DNA of 63,008 bases, the filler included, from Choristocarpus tenellus KU-1152 (Eukaryota; Protista; Phaeophyceae), in NCBI GenBank assembly GCA_964200185.2. It is 13 parts of 13 records of this genome, joined end to end, with 100 filler letters (N's around TTAATTAATTAA, not from the genome) between each part and the next. Parts side by side here need not be neighbours in the genome. Positions count along the whole stretch, not along the records: positions 34,920 to 40,531 come from CAXNAD020010252.1; positions 40,632 to 44,133 come from CAXNAD020019601.1; positions 44,234 to 46,937 come from CAXNAD020025485.1; 10 more parts are not named here. One strand, written 5' to 3'. This document shows, one piece after another, positions 35,246 through 47,037 of the stretch (positions within the stretch are counted from its first letter, which is position 1; each line of letters starts with the position of its first letter). The position numbers and the translations under genes were made by a program. The notes beneath the pieces are model-generated. The model made no database searches, was not told the DNA's origin, and worked only from the letters and a program-made list of their open reading frames with translations.

Positions 35246-38200
35246 CTCCCAACGTTCTTCACGCTGTTGGAGAGTCCCCACCGCAGAGCAAGGCGATGTA
35301 TGTGTGTATCCACTGGGAAGGCGTCTATCCCAAACGCCTGACTCATGATGACCGACGCCGTCTTGTGACCTGCACGCGGATCGCTCATGGAAATATATAT
35401 ATATATATATAATATATATATATATAATAAGAAAAAAGGATGAGAACATGTATGTATTAATAGTTTTTCAGTGTCCTTCAAAGGGCGCTCGCTCCGAATT
35501 GATCCAGGTAAGGGCACCTGCCACAAAGAGATTTGCCTCCTATACCTCATAACACAGCGCAGCACCCCTTTGCATCACCTTGCCGTCCATGCAAGAAAGT
35601 CAAGGAGATTGTCCATGTAGCCACGAACGTGATGCATTACTTGTTACACAAACAAGCACAACGGCGGCGGTACTTCTGAAGTGTATACAGGTATTTTTGA
35701 AGTGTATACAGGTACTTTGAAGTGTATACAGGTACTTTCGAAGTGTATACAGGTACTTTGAAGTGTATACAGGTACTTTTGAAGTGTATGCAGGTACTTT
35801 TGAAGTGTATGCAGGTACTTTTGAAGTGTATGCAGGTACTTTGAAGTGTAAACAAACCTATCAATAGTGCATACGCACACATCGGTACAGGACCCCTACC
35901 TACGTCTTACGCACTGAAGCCCCGGGTGTCCCTCGTCGTAGTACAAAATAAGATTTGCGGCGTTCAAAGCAAGAAAAAGGGTATACCCTACAAAAAAAGA
36001 AGAAAAGATTGAACCAAATGACCAGGAGTAGGCCCCTTCGTCCAAAGAGTCCATTGGCGCAGCCTCATTCTCCCAGCAGAAAAAGAAAACAGTCCCAACA
36101 ACCAAAAGCAGGAAGAGGTTTCTGGTTTGGGATGTTGGTAGTGTAGGGTCAGGGACAATAATCCCAGTTCCAGTTGTGAACCCTCCCAACAACACAAACA
36201 ACACAAACAACACAAAAGGGGGTTCAGAACCGTCCGGCAGCGAAGGGGAATCAGTTCCGTGGCAAATACCAATCTCTGGTGTCAAAAAAAAAATGCTGGA
36301 AGTGGTGATGCGCATGCATCGCACCAACCAAACCAACAACACAAAAGGCAACACTCCCGATAGCCCCCCCCCCCCCCCCCCCCCCCCCCCAACACTACGC
36401 ACCACACCAACCCCCCCCCCCCGTCCCCCCCCCCCCCCCCCTCCAAAAAAAAAATGTTCTCCCCTGTGCATTCGCACGCCTCTGCGCCCACACCAGTTCC
36501 TTGTGAGTTGGCTTTTGGTTACCTTACCTACACCAGGAAGGCTTTCTAGGTCCTTGAATGAGGCCGGCACTTCACCTCCAAACCTCTCCACGAGCTGATC
36601 CGACATGGCTATAAGGTGTTTGGCCTTGGTTGGAGCAAGGCCGACAGACCTGGGACACAACACCGACCAATGAAAGAGCTTGAGCGATCGAGTTTTTCGT
36701 GGGATATAGAGGCGGGGAGTGGGTGGGGAGGGGGCGGGGGGGGTATCCTGTCTCAACTGAATGCTAAGGGGGGGTAGAGGGGCAACACACACAGCACAGT
36801 AACAACAGCGTACTAACAGCGTACTGGAGTAGGGTTAAGGCTACATCTGTCGATACTATGATACTGCAGCAGAGCGCAATGGTAGTGTATTGAGATGAGT
36901 GCAGCAGCACATGCTTGGCAGTATGAAACATCAAGTGCTGAAAAAAATCATAGAAACCTCGTGTGCATATTGACTACAATAGGGTTCTTTGCTCAGCAAG
37001 GCAGTGAGCAGTTTGGAGTGACTTCGGTTTGAGCAAGATTTGCTACAGATTTCAGAGCAATCCATAGGAGCGACACTTGAGCCCTAGAGCTTGCCCAGTC
37101 ACCACCAGAGCCTTCGGGTTAGGTTGTATAGATTACATCTTGGGCTGGGACTTTTGGGGACAAAAACTACCGAATTTTCTGACAGATTCACTGACAAAAA
37201 ATAATGTAGTAATGTCATCTACGATCAATTTTCTCACAGGACCACCATGCCTGATTATCTTCATGACCGATTCATGGGACATCTTGGAGAGGCTATGTGG
37301 GTCAGGAGCAACCCTGAACAGCTCAATAGTGACATCATTTACCTTCAGGCAAGAGAGAGAGAGAGAGGGTCAAGCATTAGCACAGGAAACAAATGATCAG
37401 CAAAAAGGAGTAGTGAAAAAAAAAAAGTGCTGAAGCACAGTTACATCTTAGTTACAGCAGTACTCTCAGCACTTGCTATACTGCTTGTATGCATGGATCG
37501 GATGTGAGAGAGACAGAAATACAAGTCCCTTCATGAAACACCCTTTTTTATATATATCGTGAACCATCGAGAAAATAAAAAATGATGTTCCGCGCCTTGA
37601 AGAACAATTCACACCTGGATTGGATTACAGGATAAGGACCAGAGGGATGTATATAACCACGTATTTGTGTTTCAACATAATTTCCCAACATGCTGCACAC
37701 TGAAAGGTGGAGAGATGAAGTTACAAGGGTCAAAATCGTTTGTCAATTTAGGTAGTTGAGTTGGAGCTAATTTGTTTCAATCACTCCATAATCGGTATCA
37801 ATGGGTGAGCTTCAGCTATAGCAGGACAGCTGTATGCACATGGCAAGTATCATGGAGATGCACTTGTGGACTGCTGGAGGCAGAAATCGATTAGCAAATA
37901 GAGGAGATGCAAAGGACAAGGGGGTGACTATCTGCTATCTTAATCAAGCGTGTGACTAGCCCTGTGAATAAGCATATAGCTGATCCTGTGATAGGGACTT
38001 TACGTTTCTTCTCAGGAGGTCCAAGCGATGCAACAGAGTGCATTGCCACTGACCATTGAGTAGGAAGAAAGAGGTCAGGAAAATGATGGATGACATCAAT
38101 CCTAAGGGAAAGCACCACCATGGGGATAGGTTGGATTATGGGCAGTGTGTGTATACTTAAGTTACACACTTCACCTTTCCATCTGTGGTCTGGGCAGAGA

Positions 38201-39327
38201 GGAGCACAGCACACAGAAAAGTGAAGTTATTCTGCCAGCAACAGGAAGAGATGGGGTGTGTGGAGGTGTTAGACACACAGCTTCACGTACAATCACAATG
38301 GAGAAGGGGTAGCATTACATCGGAGACTTCATGAAAGTATGCTAGGGCAGATCGTGTGGGTAGGGATTTTAGGCTTTTCAAAATTTTGTGTTCAATCTAA
38401 TCTTATGCATACTACCCTGCCTTCCAAGTTGGTTGGCATATATCTTCAGTATGAAGATGAGAAGAGTGCTGAAGTTGCAAACCATTGTTAGAGTCGCAGG
38501 TATGATTTGCCCCTGCCCACCATCTCTTCTATGAGACAGGCAACTCTCCTATCCGAGGCCTAGCGAAGACAAGCGACTCTCAACGCACTAACAATGTAGT
38601 TCAGAGGAATGGGCGGGTTGGGGTAGAGTCGGTCCAAGACGTCCAGGATGAGAGCTGCTCGTTCAAGCACATTTTGTGGCACTCTCTTCTGGACATCCTT
38701 AGCCCCAATGACCGTATTCGTTAGAGTATCTTTCCCTTCGCCCGACATCCTTGTGTTCTTTACAGCGAGCTTACCTGCGTCGAAAAGGTTAAGAGGATTG
38801 CAAGCTAGGGTAGGTAAGAAGATCGACGAAGACCAACATGGGCATCGCTTGGTTCTTGACGACGAATGTACGAGGAATCATGTTCTTGCGCTGTCGTTCT
38901 CACCAGCGCTGGAAGAGGCAACCCGCGATTCGGTTTTGGGGTTGGGCTTTCTTCTCTTTGCGGGCTTGTTCAGAGTGTCGTCATTGTTACTTGCGACTTT
39001 TGAGCCCCCTGCCGTACGTTTCACTGGACAACGACAGGTTTGATGGTTGGAGATGTTAACTTGAGGTAGTTCCCAGGCACTGCTTATAACCAATAAACTC
39101 CCACGAAATATCATCTTTCAACCATGCACAAGGGCATATTTCCCACCTCTGCCCGAAGAAGCAACATGTGTCAATTGTTTTGGGTCATTGTCTCTGAGTC
39201 GACTCCTCGCCCTTGTCGTTGGTGGTTCGGACATTGCCCTTTCATTTTCAGTCTTCCTCGATCGGCCTAGACCTTTTGTGCCTTGTCGATTTGACGCCTG
39301 GGGCCACTTTACATTGCTTCGCAACAT
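35246..39327 (-). CDS. NTH: Endonuclease III-family HhH-GPD DNA glycosylase/AP lyase (7 exons, C-terminus missing)
   Basis: Exons 39327-39147, 39059-38904, 38774-38593, 38231-38175, 37342-37251, 36649-36528 and 35369-35246, all with consistent phases. Motifs: LYPNPPIPL, FTFLCAVLLSAQTTDGKVN, VGLAPTKAK, LESLPGVGHKTA (HhH with catalytic K), FPVDTHIHRL (catalytic D). An alternative ATG is at 39234. Confidence 0.93.
35670..35850. repeat. Intronic minisatellite, 20-21-bp unit, about 9 copies
   Basis: GTACTTT(T)GAAGTGTAT(A/G)CAG repeated without spacers. Confidence 0.92.
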
Positions 39328-39889
39328 TGAGATGCACTTCGGGCTTGTTAGGTTAGCGTCTATATGTTGTCTTCAAAGTACATGATACATAATGAGGAAG
39401 GTCGAACTATTATTATTCTTGATGGTATTCACTATAAAACTTCAAAGGACTTCCTTCACCTGTCGTGGAAGGCACAATCTTGCTTGTACTGTTTTGTACA
39501 GCTTTTTTTTTGTGGTGAGGTCAGGTGAGTTATTCCCTCTTAATTAACCACACGCTCTACTCCTACTATCCTGTTTGCTATATTAAAATATTTTTGGTTG
39601 AGTTCAGCCACCCCACCACTTGTCACTCCACCTCCTCCCTCGAATCTATTGCTAGACCTGCATTGGCGCCGATGACCAATGAAGATTTCCCATCTTCTTC
39701 GTCCAGCATTTTTTGGTAAGACAAAGATGACAACAGATAAGATATGATAGATAGGGAACGCAGAAATAACAAGTTTTTTTCATTCCGGAAATTTTCCAAA
39801 ACAGGTTTAACTCATTCTTAGAGGAACCTACACTGGTCCAGTAAATGTGAACCTCGAAAGGTGGACTAGTCCTTCAATTATCTTACATG

Positions 39890-40190
39890 TCAACCACGCC
39901 AATTCTTCCATATCGACCAGCCGAACCTGGTCTAAATTTCTCTAACAAGTCCGAACCATATCCACTACCGGTATTGTATCAGTTCATGCCCACCAATCGG
40001 ACTGAGTCTAACATTCTCTCACATGTCTGGACCAGGACCGTTAGGGATTATATCAGTCCATGTTCGCCAGTCAGACCAGGTCAATCGTTCTCTAACATGT
40101 TCGCCACCATGTCCACCATGGGTATTGTATCAATTCATATCCGCCAGTCTGACCAGCCCTAACATTCTCTAACATGTCTGAACCATGTTC
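39890..40190. repeat. Degenerate tandem repeat (about 150-bp period, about 75-bp sub-period) upstream of NTH
   Basis: TCTCTAACA..GGTATTGTATCA..TTCAT..CTAACATTCTCT.ACATGTCTG recurs at about 39939 and 40089. Confidence 0.65.
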
Positions 40191-40631
40191 ATTAGGAATT
40201 GCATTTTTACCTTGCACCTCTAACATTTTACGTCGTACAGATGTGTCAGGGGAGGAAAAAGAAAAAGACAAACCAAAAAAGGATTTCTGAAACTGTTTTT
40301 GTCTTTTCCAAAATACATCCCTTTTCAAATCTGTACCACCTACATCACAAGTCAGTTGTGTGATTGTATCAATCCATGCCCATCAGAAGTGGGCATGATG
40401 AGTGCTTTGACGAGAAGGTGCAGTTCTGTGCTTGACGCTGGACGGGAAGCCCCCCGAAATCATAGTGACAGAGCATCAGAACAGTGGATTTTAAAATTTG
40501 AGGATGGAGCGTACTATTGAGGATGGTTTTGNNNNNNNNNNNNNNNNNNNNNNNNNNNNNNNNNNNNNNNNNNNNTTAATTAATTAANNNNNNNNNNNNN
40601 NNNNNNNNNNNNNNNNNNNNNNNNNNNNNNN

Positions 40632-40659
40632 CCCCCCCCACTCCCAGATACTTTGGGTC
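40632..40659. mobile_element. MITE family A TIR at contig start
   Basis: CTCCCAGATACTTTGGGTC. Confidence 0.7.
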
Positions 40660-42031
40660 GGATGGATGATTGGTTGATTAGTCACCAAGCTGTTCGCTGT
40701 AGGGGAGTAAGTGTACCATGTAACGCGACAAAAACGGCAAGTGCAAGTCCTGACTCGGTTTAAATCATGTACTGGCGTCCGTTTTCGCCAGAAACATTTA
40801 TTTGTGTGGCATCAGGTAAGTGGGATATTGAATTAAATTGCACAGACCTATCTGCTACTAACAAGAGAATTAGGTGACACATGTGTCATTCTCCATCTAT
40901 CCTTTGGACGTGTGAGTGTATGTGTTGATAATATAAAGAGAGAACCATTATGCTGTGTGTGTGCATACAAAAGAAGTGTATATACCTGGCGATCCATGCT
41001 CGGTAGATGGCAATTAAGTCTCTGTATGCTGTGTTTGTTCATCCTCCTGAGCATTTTGCTTGTACCATTTGGGTGTTGGGCCTCTTCGTGCCCCATAGCA
41101 TTACACCTATTATCACATCTCAAATCTCAAATCCGTCCTGACAACGCTCTGCGCTAAACACTCTGATCTGGTGCTCCATCATTTTGCAGACCCGCTCTCC
41201 TAATTATGGGAAGATCACGTTCATGTGTCCACAATTGCCAAACCTATGACGTTCGATACTTTGTTTACTCCAGTCATTCCTCCCTGCTTCAAACACATGG
41301 CTCCAATTGACCTTGAGATTTTGCCTTTCCTGCTGATCATGTTTCTCGCTTCCTCTGGAGTTCCGTCCTGGACAATGTATTCGATAACAGCTGTTGGAGA
41401 AGAAAGCATTCTGGCAGCTTGCACGGGATATTGGAAATATATCTGATTCTAAGGTCTCGATCCTAAGGAAAGGAATGCATTTAGCCAAGGTTAACCTCTT
41501 GAACTCAGCAGACAAGAGAGAACTGGGTCCTCCCCCGTCCAAAGAGCAAGCTTGTCCATGTTCAGTTGAACGTTTCTCTTATCTGGTCTTGTCCTCCGGA
41601 TATTCTCACTCATTTGGTTCGCCCACCCACAAGTGGGTGGCTCTTGCCCTGTATTGTCACTGTTGGACAGTTGCGAAGTATACATGCCAAAAGCAACCAA
41701 ACCTTATCTGTCAATTAGCGTTCACTCCAATTTTCCGTTAGTATCGTACCATAAAACGCAACAACTAACTGCTACTAAACCAGGCACCTGCCTTACTCTG
41801 TCACCGTATTCCTGTGACAGTCCCCAACAACAGCCAGACTATTTTTTTGAACCCGATTATCGCCCGAAGACTCCTTGCCACTCGTAACGAGTGCAGGACT
41901 TTCCTGGAGGGTATATTCACCTCCCATCCGATGATTGTCCACCCCAGACAATAATGAAGCATTCAGCCCCACCATCCCTCTTAAGTCTGTTTAAAGCCTA
42001 GGAAGGGTAACCCTGCAGTCACTCCATGAGC

Positions 42032-42426
42032 TATACAATACTTGCGTAGTTTTTGCATTTTGTTGTATGGATGTATTTATTAGCGGAGTGAGCAAAGCCC
42101 TCGGTGGTGGGGGGGTGCTCTCTCTTATTATCTTATTGTTTATTGCATATTTCAGCTGACACATCAGATGACACATCAAAACGTTTCCTGCAGTTACACC
42201 GTACTATGTCACTTATATTATGTAGCTATTATTATGTGATTAATCCACCAGCAGTCCATTCATGTCAAGTAATAAGAAATCAATCATCAGTAATTCGAAC
42301 TTACTACTCTGAGCACACGAAATCAAGTCTAAGACACTAGTTCTACTTAGTCAGCATTCTTGATACCGAATAGTCGTCACTAAACACCTATAAACCATAT
42401 AGACTACCTGCCTACTATATTGCACA
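42032..42426 (-). mobile_element. Solo LTR (family L2, Copia)
   Basis: Homologous to 45950-46361 (TTTATTAGCGGAGTGAGCA.AGCCCTCGGTGGTGGGGG; AAACCATATAGACTA). Terminus TTGCACA. Confidence 0.8.
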
Positions 42427-42551
42427 TACCTGGTGGAGAAATAGTATATAGAATATGTCTTTCACATTTACAACATCTGTTGCTTTTTCAGGGGCTGTTC
42501 ATTTGAATAGTTTTTCGTAGGTTTTATCCTGACACATCTGGAAATGTCAAA

Positions 42552-42728
42552 GGCTCAAAGTATCTGGGGAGGGGTGGCGGCTGTCCATTTGGGGTCAATT
42601 TTTTTATGTCGCGATTTTTGGGCGATTTGGTTGCATACGTCAGATGGATGACGTAAATCCACTTTTCCTGATTTTGACCCGAATGGACACCCTGGTGTAG
42701 ACCCCCCCTCCCCCAGATACTTTGGCTC
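42552..42728 (+). mobile_element. MITE family A, full copy
   Basis: GGCTCAAAGTATCTGGGG...CCCCAGATACTTTGGCTC with AAA on both flanks. Confidence 0.88.
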
Positions 42729-44058
42729 AAAGGACAATAATAATAATAACCTGATCAGCAATGTTCTATTACCTTTCATAGTATTGAGGAGTTCCTCATA
42801 ACAAACATGGCCATGCACAAACATTGCCTGCAAAAGGTGTACCTACCTGTGGCTCAAGAGGAAGGACGACCCCTGTTTGTGAGACCCTGGAACATGGGAA
42901 TTTCACAGGAATAAGGGACTTAAACTCGAAACCATCTTGACCAGAACACTTGGGAACCACAGGCTATAGGCTACGTTGTTGTTTTGAAGTACATCCGGGT
43001 ACACTTCACAGAGAATAGGCTGTTTCCACTTGTGCACGTGCATTGAACATTGATATGTTCTTGCACAGAACAAGAAAATCATTTTAGAGGTTAAGGTAAT
43101 GTTGATGTGCCTTCTCGGGTTAGGAATATAATAGTTGCCTTCTCCCTGAAACCCTTGTTGTGGGGAACCTATAATGGGGCACCAGTAAGCATTAAGGGCT
43201 TCATACCAGACCTGGCAACTTCATTATTGGCACTTCCGATTAATGGAATCTCACCAGACTTTGCCCAGGTAGCAGTGTTAAAAAGTGCTCCACAAGCTTA
43301 CCATGATGAGACATGTAGGTCCAATCCGGAAGACCATATGTCGATGATCGAGCTTGTATATGGCTCCATCATGTAAATGTAGTCAAATATGCTGAATCTC
43401 TCACTTAGATTATTCACTTCATGATTGTCACAGGGGTAAAAAAAGGACTGAACAAATATGTACCCCCTCTACCTTGCACCATAATGACTAAATAATATGC
43501 AGCCAAGAAGTACAAATATGTAAAATCTAGAATTCAAGGTCATAATGGCATTTATGGAACCGCCACTAAAACATATTGCCTGCAAGGTGGCCCCCAGCAT
43601 ACAGTATAATTAATTCAATGCGAAGAACAGGCGATTGGACAAGGAAATAGAGTGTTGGGGATCGAGTGGAGGAAGAAACCTAGAGGAAAAAAACCCTTCC
43701 AACGTTTCTCTGAGGACAGATATGCCAGCATGAAACTCTCATCTCACGGCACTCACTCTTCATTTGACTCAACGTTTAAGAGAAAACCTCCTACACCAGC
43801 GTCTTATACTCTTTCAAAATAGGGTACTGCCTTAGAACGACTCTCCCACTTTCAAAACCTGGAAAAACAAAGAAATACAGACGAAAAATAATGTCTCACA
43901 GTCGCAAAGAAATAGGGTGCTACCATAGAAACGCTGTATCCCTCCTTAAGAACTATGAGCATTAAACAAGTTCAGACAAAAATGTCTCACAAAAACAAAG
44001 TAGTGCTGTCTCCACCCCTTCAGAAAAATAAACACAAATTTATACATGGCCTGGGTAG

Positions 44059-44133
44059 GGTTACAGGCGCCCCTCAATGCTCACCTTCCAGGATGTACAA
44101 CTAAAATCCAACGACCTCAAAACGATGCTATGG
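44059..44133. mobile_element. Diverged LTR family L3 end
   Basis: GTTACAGGCGCCCCTCAATGCTCACCTTCCAGGATGTA resembles the reverse complement of 58720-58758. Confidence 0.7.
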
Positions 44134-44499
44134 NNNNNNNNNNNNNNNNNNNNNNNNNNNNNNNNNNNNNNNNNNNNTTAATTAATTAANNNNNNNNNNN
44201 NNNNNNNNNNNNNNNNNNNNNNNNNNNNNNNNNCCCTCATAGTGGGTGCGCTTTCGCGCCTCAGCTGCAGCAGCAGCTACTTGATTATCCAAGGGTCTTC
44301 ATTATTTCGTTTACCCTTAATTTGTTTTGGCTAACAGAAGTTGGAATACATCTGAAAACCGTTGCAACATTCCCAAGTTACAAATCTTACTCTGCAACCT
44401 TTAGCAAATCGGAGTTCCTCTTTATAAGGTTCCCCACGCGTGTACTCTGCTCGCGCTTGTTAGAACGCGAGAAGAAATACTCGCCCTATTTTCTCCTGT

Positions 44500-45205
44500 T
44501 ACACAAGGTACTTGTCCCAGCAACGGTGGACGAAGGAGAGGTATAATAAGCTCATGATCGAGGATGTCATCCGGGCAATCAAGGCCCACGTGCTTAGTCT
44601 GAAAGGACACACCAACCTCGTCCAGCAGAATGGAGCAAAGCCACACACCGAGGGGGGGATTATGGAGGCAATTGAGGAGGCAGCAGGGGACGACATTCCG
44701 TAGAGACCCAGTCAGCCAACTTACCTCACCTCAATGTCAACGACCTGGGGTTCATTCATTCCATCCAAGGAGTGAAGGAAGACATGGGGGTGACCAACAC
44801 AGAGGAGCTGGCGGAGGCCATAATGGAGGTATTCGATGTATACCCCTGGGAGACACTAGAGCGCGTCTGGCAGAGCCTCTTCACAGTCTACGGTGAAGTG
44901 TTGGGGTCCAAGGGTGACAACGTCTTCAAAATTCCCCATCTTAGAAAGGAAAAGGCTGAGAAGGCGGGCAAGCTCCCCCCGAATGCCCTGATGGATGCCG
45001 CAAAATACCGTCGTAGAATAGAGTTTTGGAGAGCTTTGGGGGCGGAATCATAGATATGCGTAGGCTGCCCCATATTGGTTGAGGTTTTGGTGCGCAAAAT
45101 TTTAGTGTCTGCACAATACACCCCTAAAGTATGAGAATGTGAAAAATAATCGTGTTTCTTCATTGGGGCTGCAAATATGTTCATTTTAGTTCCGAACGGA
45201 GGAAG
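44500..45205 (+). mobile_element. Plant-mariner-like transposon 3' half: transposase pseudogene plus right TIR
   Basis: VQQNGAKPHT (second D mutated to N), a frameshift, TQSANLPHLNVNDLGFIHSIQ (third D), then YPWETLERVWQSL..KGDNVFKIPH with stop at 45053. Terminus GAACGGAGGAAG|TA is the reverse complement of TA-CTTCCTCCGTTC. Confidence 0.88.
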
Positions 45206-45726
45206 TACCTGTTTATCAGAGGGGCAGTATTCAAAGTGGCATTAGAGATCATCAAAGTACTCATAGAAAGATTGAGGTTGGATCATCGTCAGAGGGGGAG
45301 GAAGGTGAAGATATGGATAATGTTATAGCAAAGGCAAGGGAAGAGTCGAAGAAAGCACCCAAGGGCGAAAAGCTCCCACGTATAAAAGGCTCATTGCCAA
45401 GAGCTGATGCTAGGTTACATCATGAACATGCACTGATTATTTTATTATCCGATGGGCTCCTATATTTTTGACCTATGATCTGGCGTACAAGCATAGACTT
45501 ACTCGTCATACTCGTACGTATGATACTACTATATATTGTACTTAACTTTACATAAACGTACAGAAACTGATACGATGTGGAATATGTTTTCATTAGCACA
45601 CATTTATGTAATCATAAAAGAGTAGTTTCCACGACACCCTATGTTCTTTCAAAACAGGTACCACTCCAAGCACTTTGATGTTAAACCGTGTTCTGCCTTT
45701 CTTCTTAAGCCCAGTAACGTTTTGCA

Positions 45727-45840
45727 GAGTGAAAGTATCTTAGAGGGTATGAGTTTTGCCCTGTTTGTCCATTTGGGGCTTGGCTTCCCTCGGATTTTTT
45801 TATGACATTTTCCTACTCCAGAATATTTTGGAGTGCAATC
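45727..45840 (+). mobile_element. MITE family B, left half
   Basis: GAGTGAAAGTATCTTAGAGGGTATGAGTTTTGCCCTGTTTGTCCATTTGGGG.. Confidence 0.8.
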
Positions 45841-45949
45841 CAATTTACAACCATTTTGTAAACCAAGGCGAAATATTCTTTATATATAATGTTGTAAGGA
45901 AACAGATGAGAAAAAGTCTACTGTTAAAGACGTGGATGAAGGTGGTATC

Positions 45950-46937
45950 TATGCAAAAGAGAACTACTCAAGTAGAGTATTTTTTCTTTGTGTGGTGTGG
46001 ATCTGTTTATTAGCGGAGTGAGCACAGCCCTCGGTGGTGGGGGGTGCTCTCTCTCATTCATTGTCTTATTGTTTATTACATATATCAGCGCACTCATCAG
46101 CTGACACATCGAAAAGCGTCCTGCCGTTACATCTTACTATGTTACTTATCCTGTGTAGCTAAGTTAGTACTATGTCAGAACTCCTCCATCAGTCCACTTA
46201 TATTAAGTAATAAGAAACCGACCATCTGAGAGTCGAACTCATTATGTTACGACCACGATCTCAAGTCAATGACACTTGTTCCACTTAGCCAACATATCTG
46301 TTGTCTAATAGTGATCACTAAACAAGTATAAACCATATAGACTATCAGCTTATGTTGCACACTCCCCCATGAGCGTGCAGCAAAGTTGCTGGCAAAAGCT
46401 CACCCCCGACGCGAAAGCACAGAATGCATAAAATCAGAAATGAAACTCTTGCGTAAAGACTTGGTTAACACGTTTGCCAATTGCTTGTGTGTTGGAATAT
46501 ACTTAATGCCAAAAGTCCCCTTCTTCCATAACCTGACATTTCCTTCTCCATGGCCTCCTGCCGCTGATCTGCATTTGGCCCACTCAAGGCCGCTTTGGTT
46601 GTAGACGGCTTTGCCTGCATCTGTTGTTACTTCCCCCATGAGACCTATAAGGCAGAACATGTCTTTGTTGTTCTGCTGCTTGATTGACACAAAGTGGTTC
46701 TGTCCTATCCTGGGAGAAATATCATGGCTTTGGGTGGATGTTAAACGCTTTGCATCTTGAGCCCTACGCCCAATGTTTTGGCTCTCATTCCCAGTCTCGC
46801 TCCCTGTCGTTGAAGCCTCTTCTTCATCTTTTATATCCATGTCCATATCGTCATGAAACTCTGGCTCCCCAGTATGTCCAGCTCTGGCTCCCCCACTAAC
46901 TCCAGCAGTTTGACTTCAGGCTGAAAAGTCACCTGTG
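45950..46937 (-). mobile_element. Copia 3' end: internally deleted pol, PPT and 3' LTR (family L2)
   Basis: On the minus strand: IKYIPTHKQLANVLTKSL (Copia RNase H end), a purine tract GGGGGAG at 46368-46362, then TGTGCAACA starting the LTR at 46361 and running to about 45950. Confidence 0.82.
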
Positions 46938-47037
46938 NNNNNNNNNNNNNNNNNNNNNNNNNNNNNNNNNNNNNNNNNNNNTTAATTAATTAANNNNNNN
47001 NNNNNNNNNNNNNNNNNNNNNNNNNNNNNNNNNNNNN

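Noticed and set aside
35896-36792. 298-aa ORF as a single protein; likewise 27086-27901, 10015-10620, 4293-4832 and 59383-59952
   Set aside because: These are read-through of one real exon into low-complexity intron, antisense shadows of real exons, or repeat-derived frames.
14885-40531. Apparent oxidative-stress/repair cluster (SelO, ankyrin, NTH) as a functional system
   Set aside because: The genes are on separate contigs joined by artificial linkers, so adjacency carries no information.
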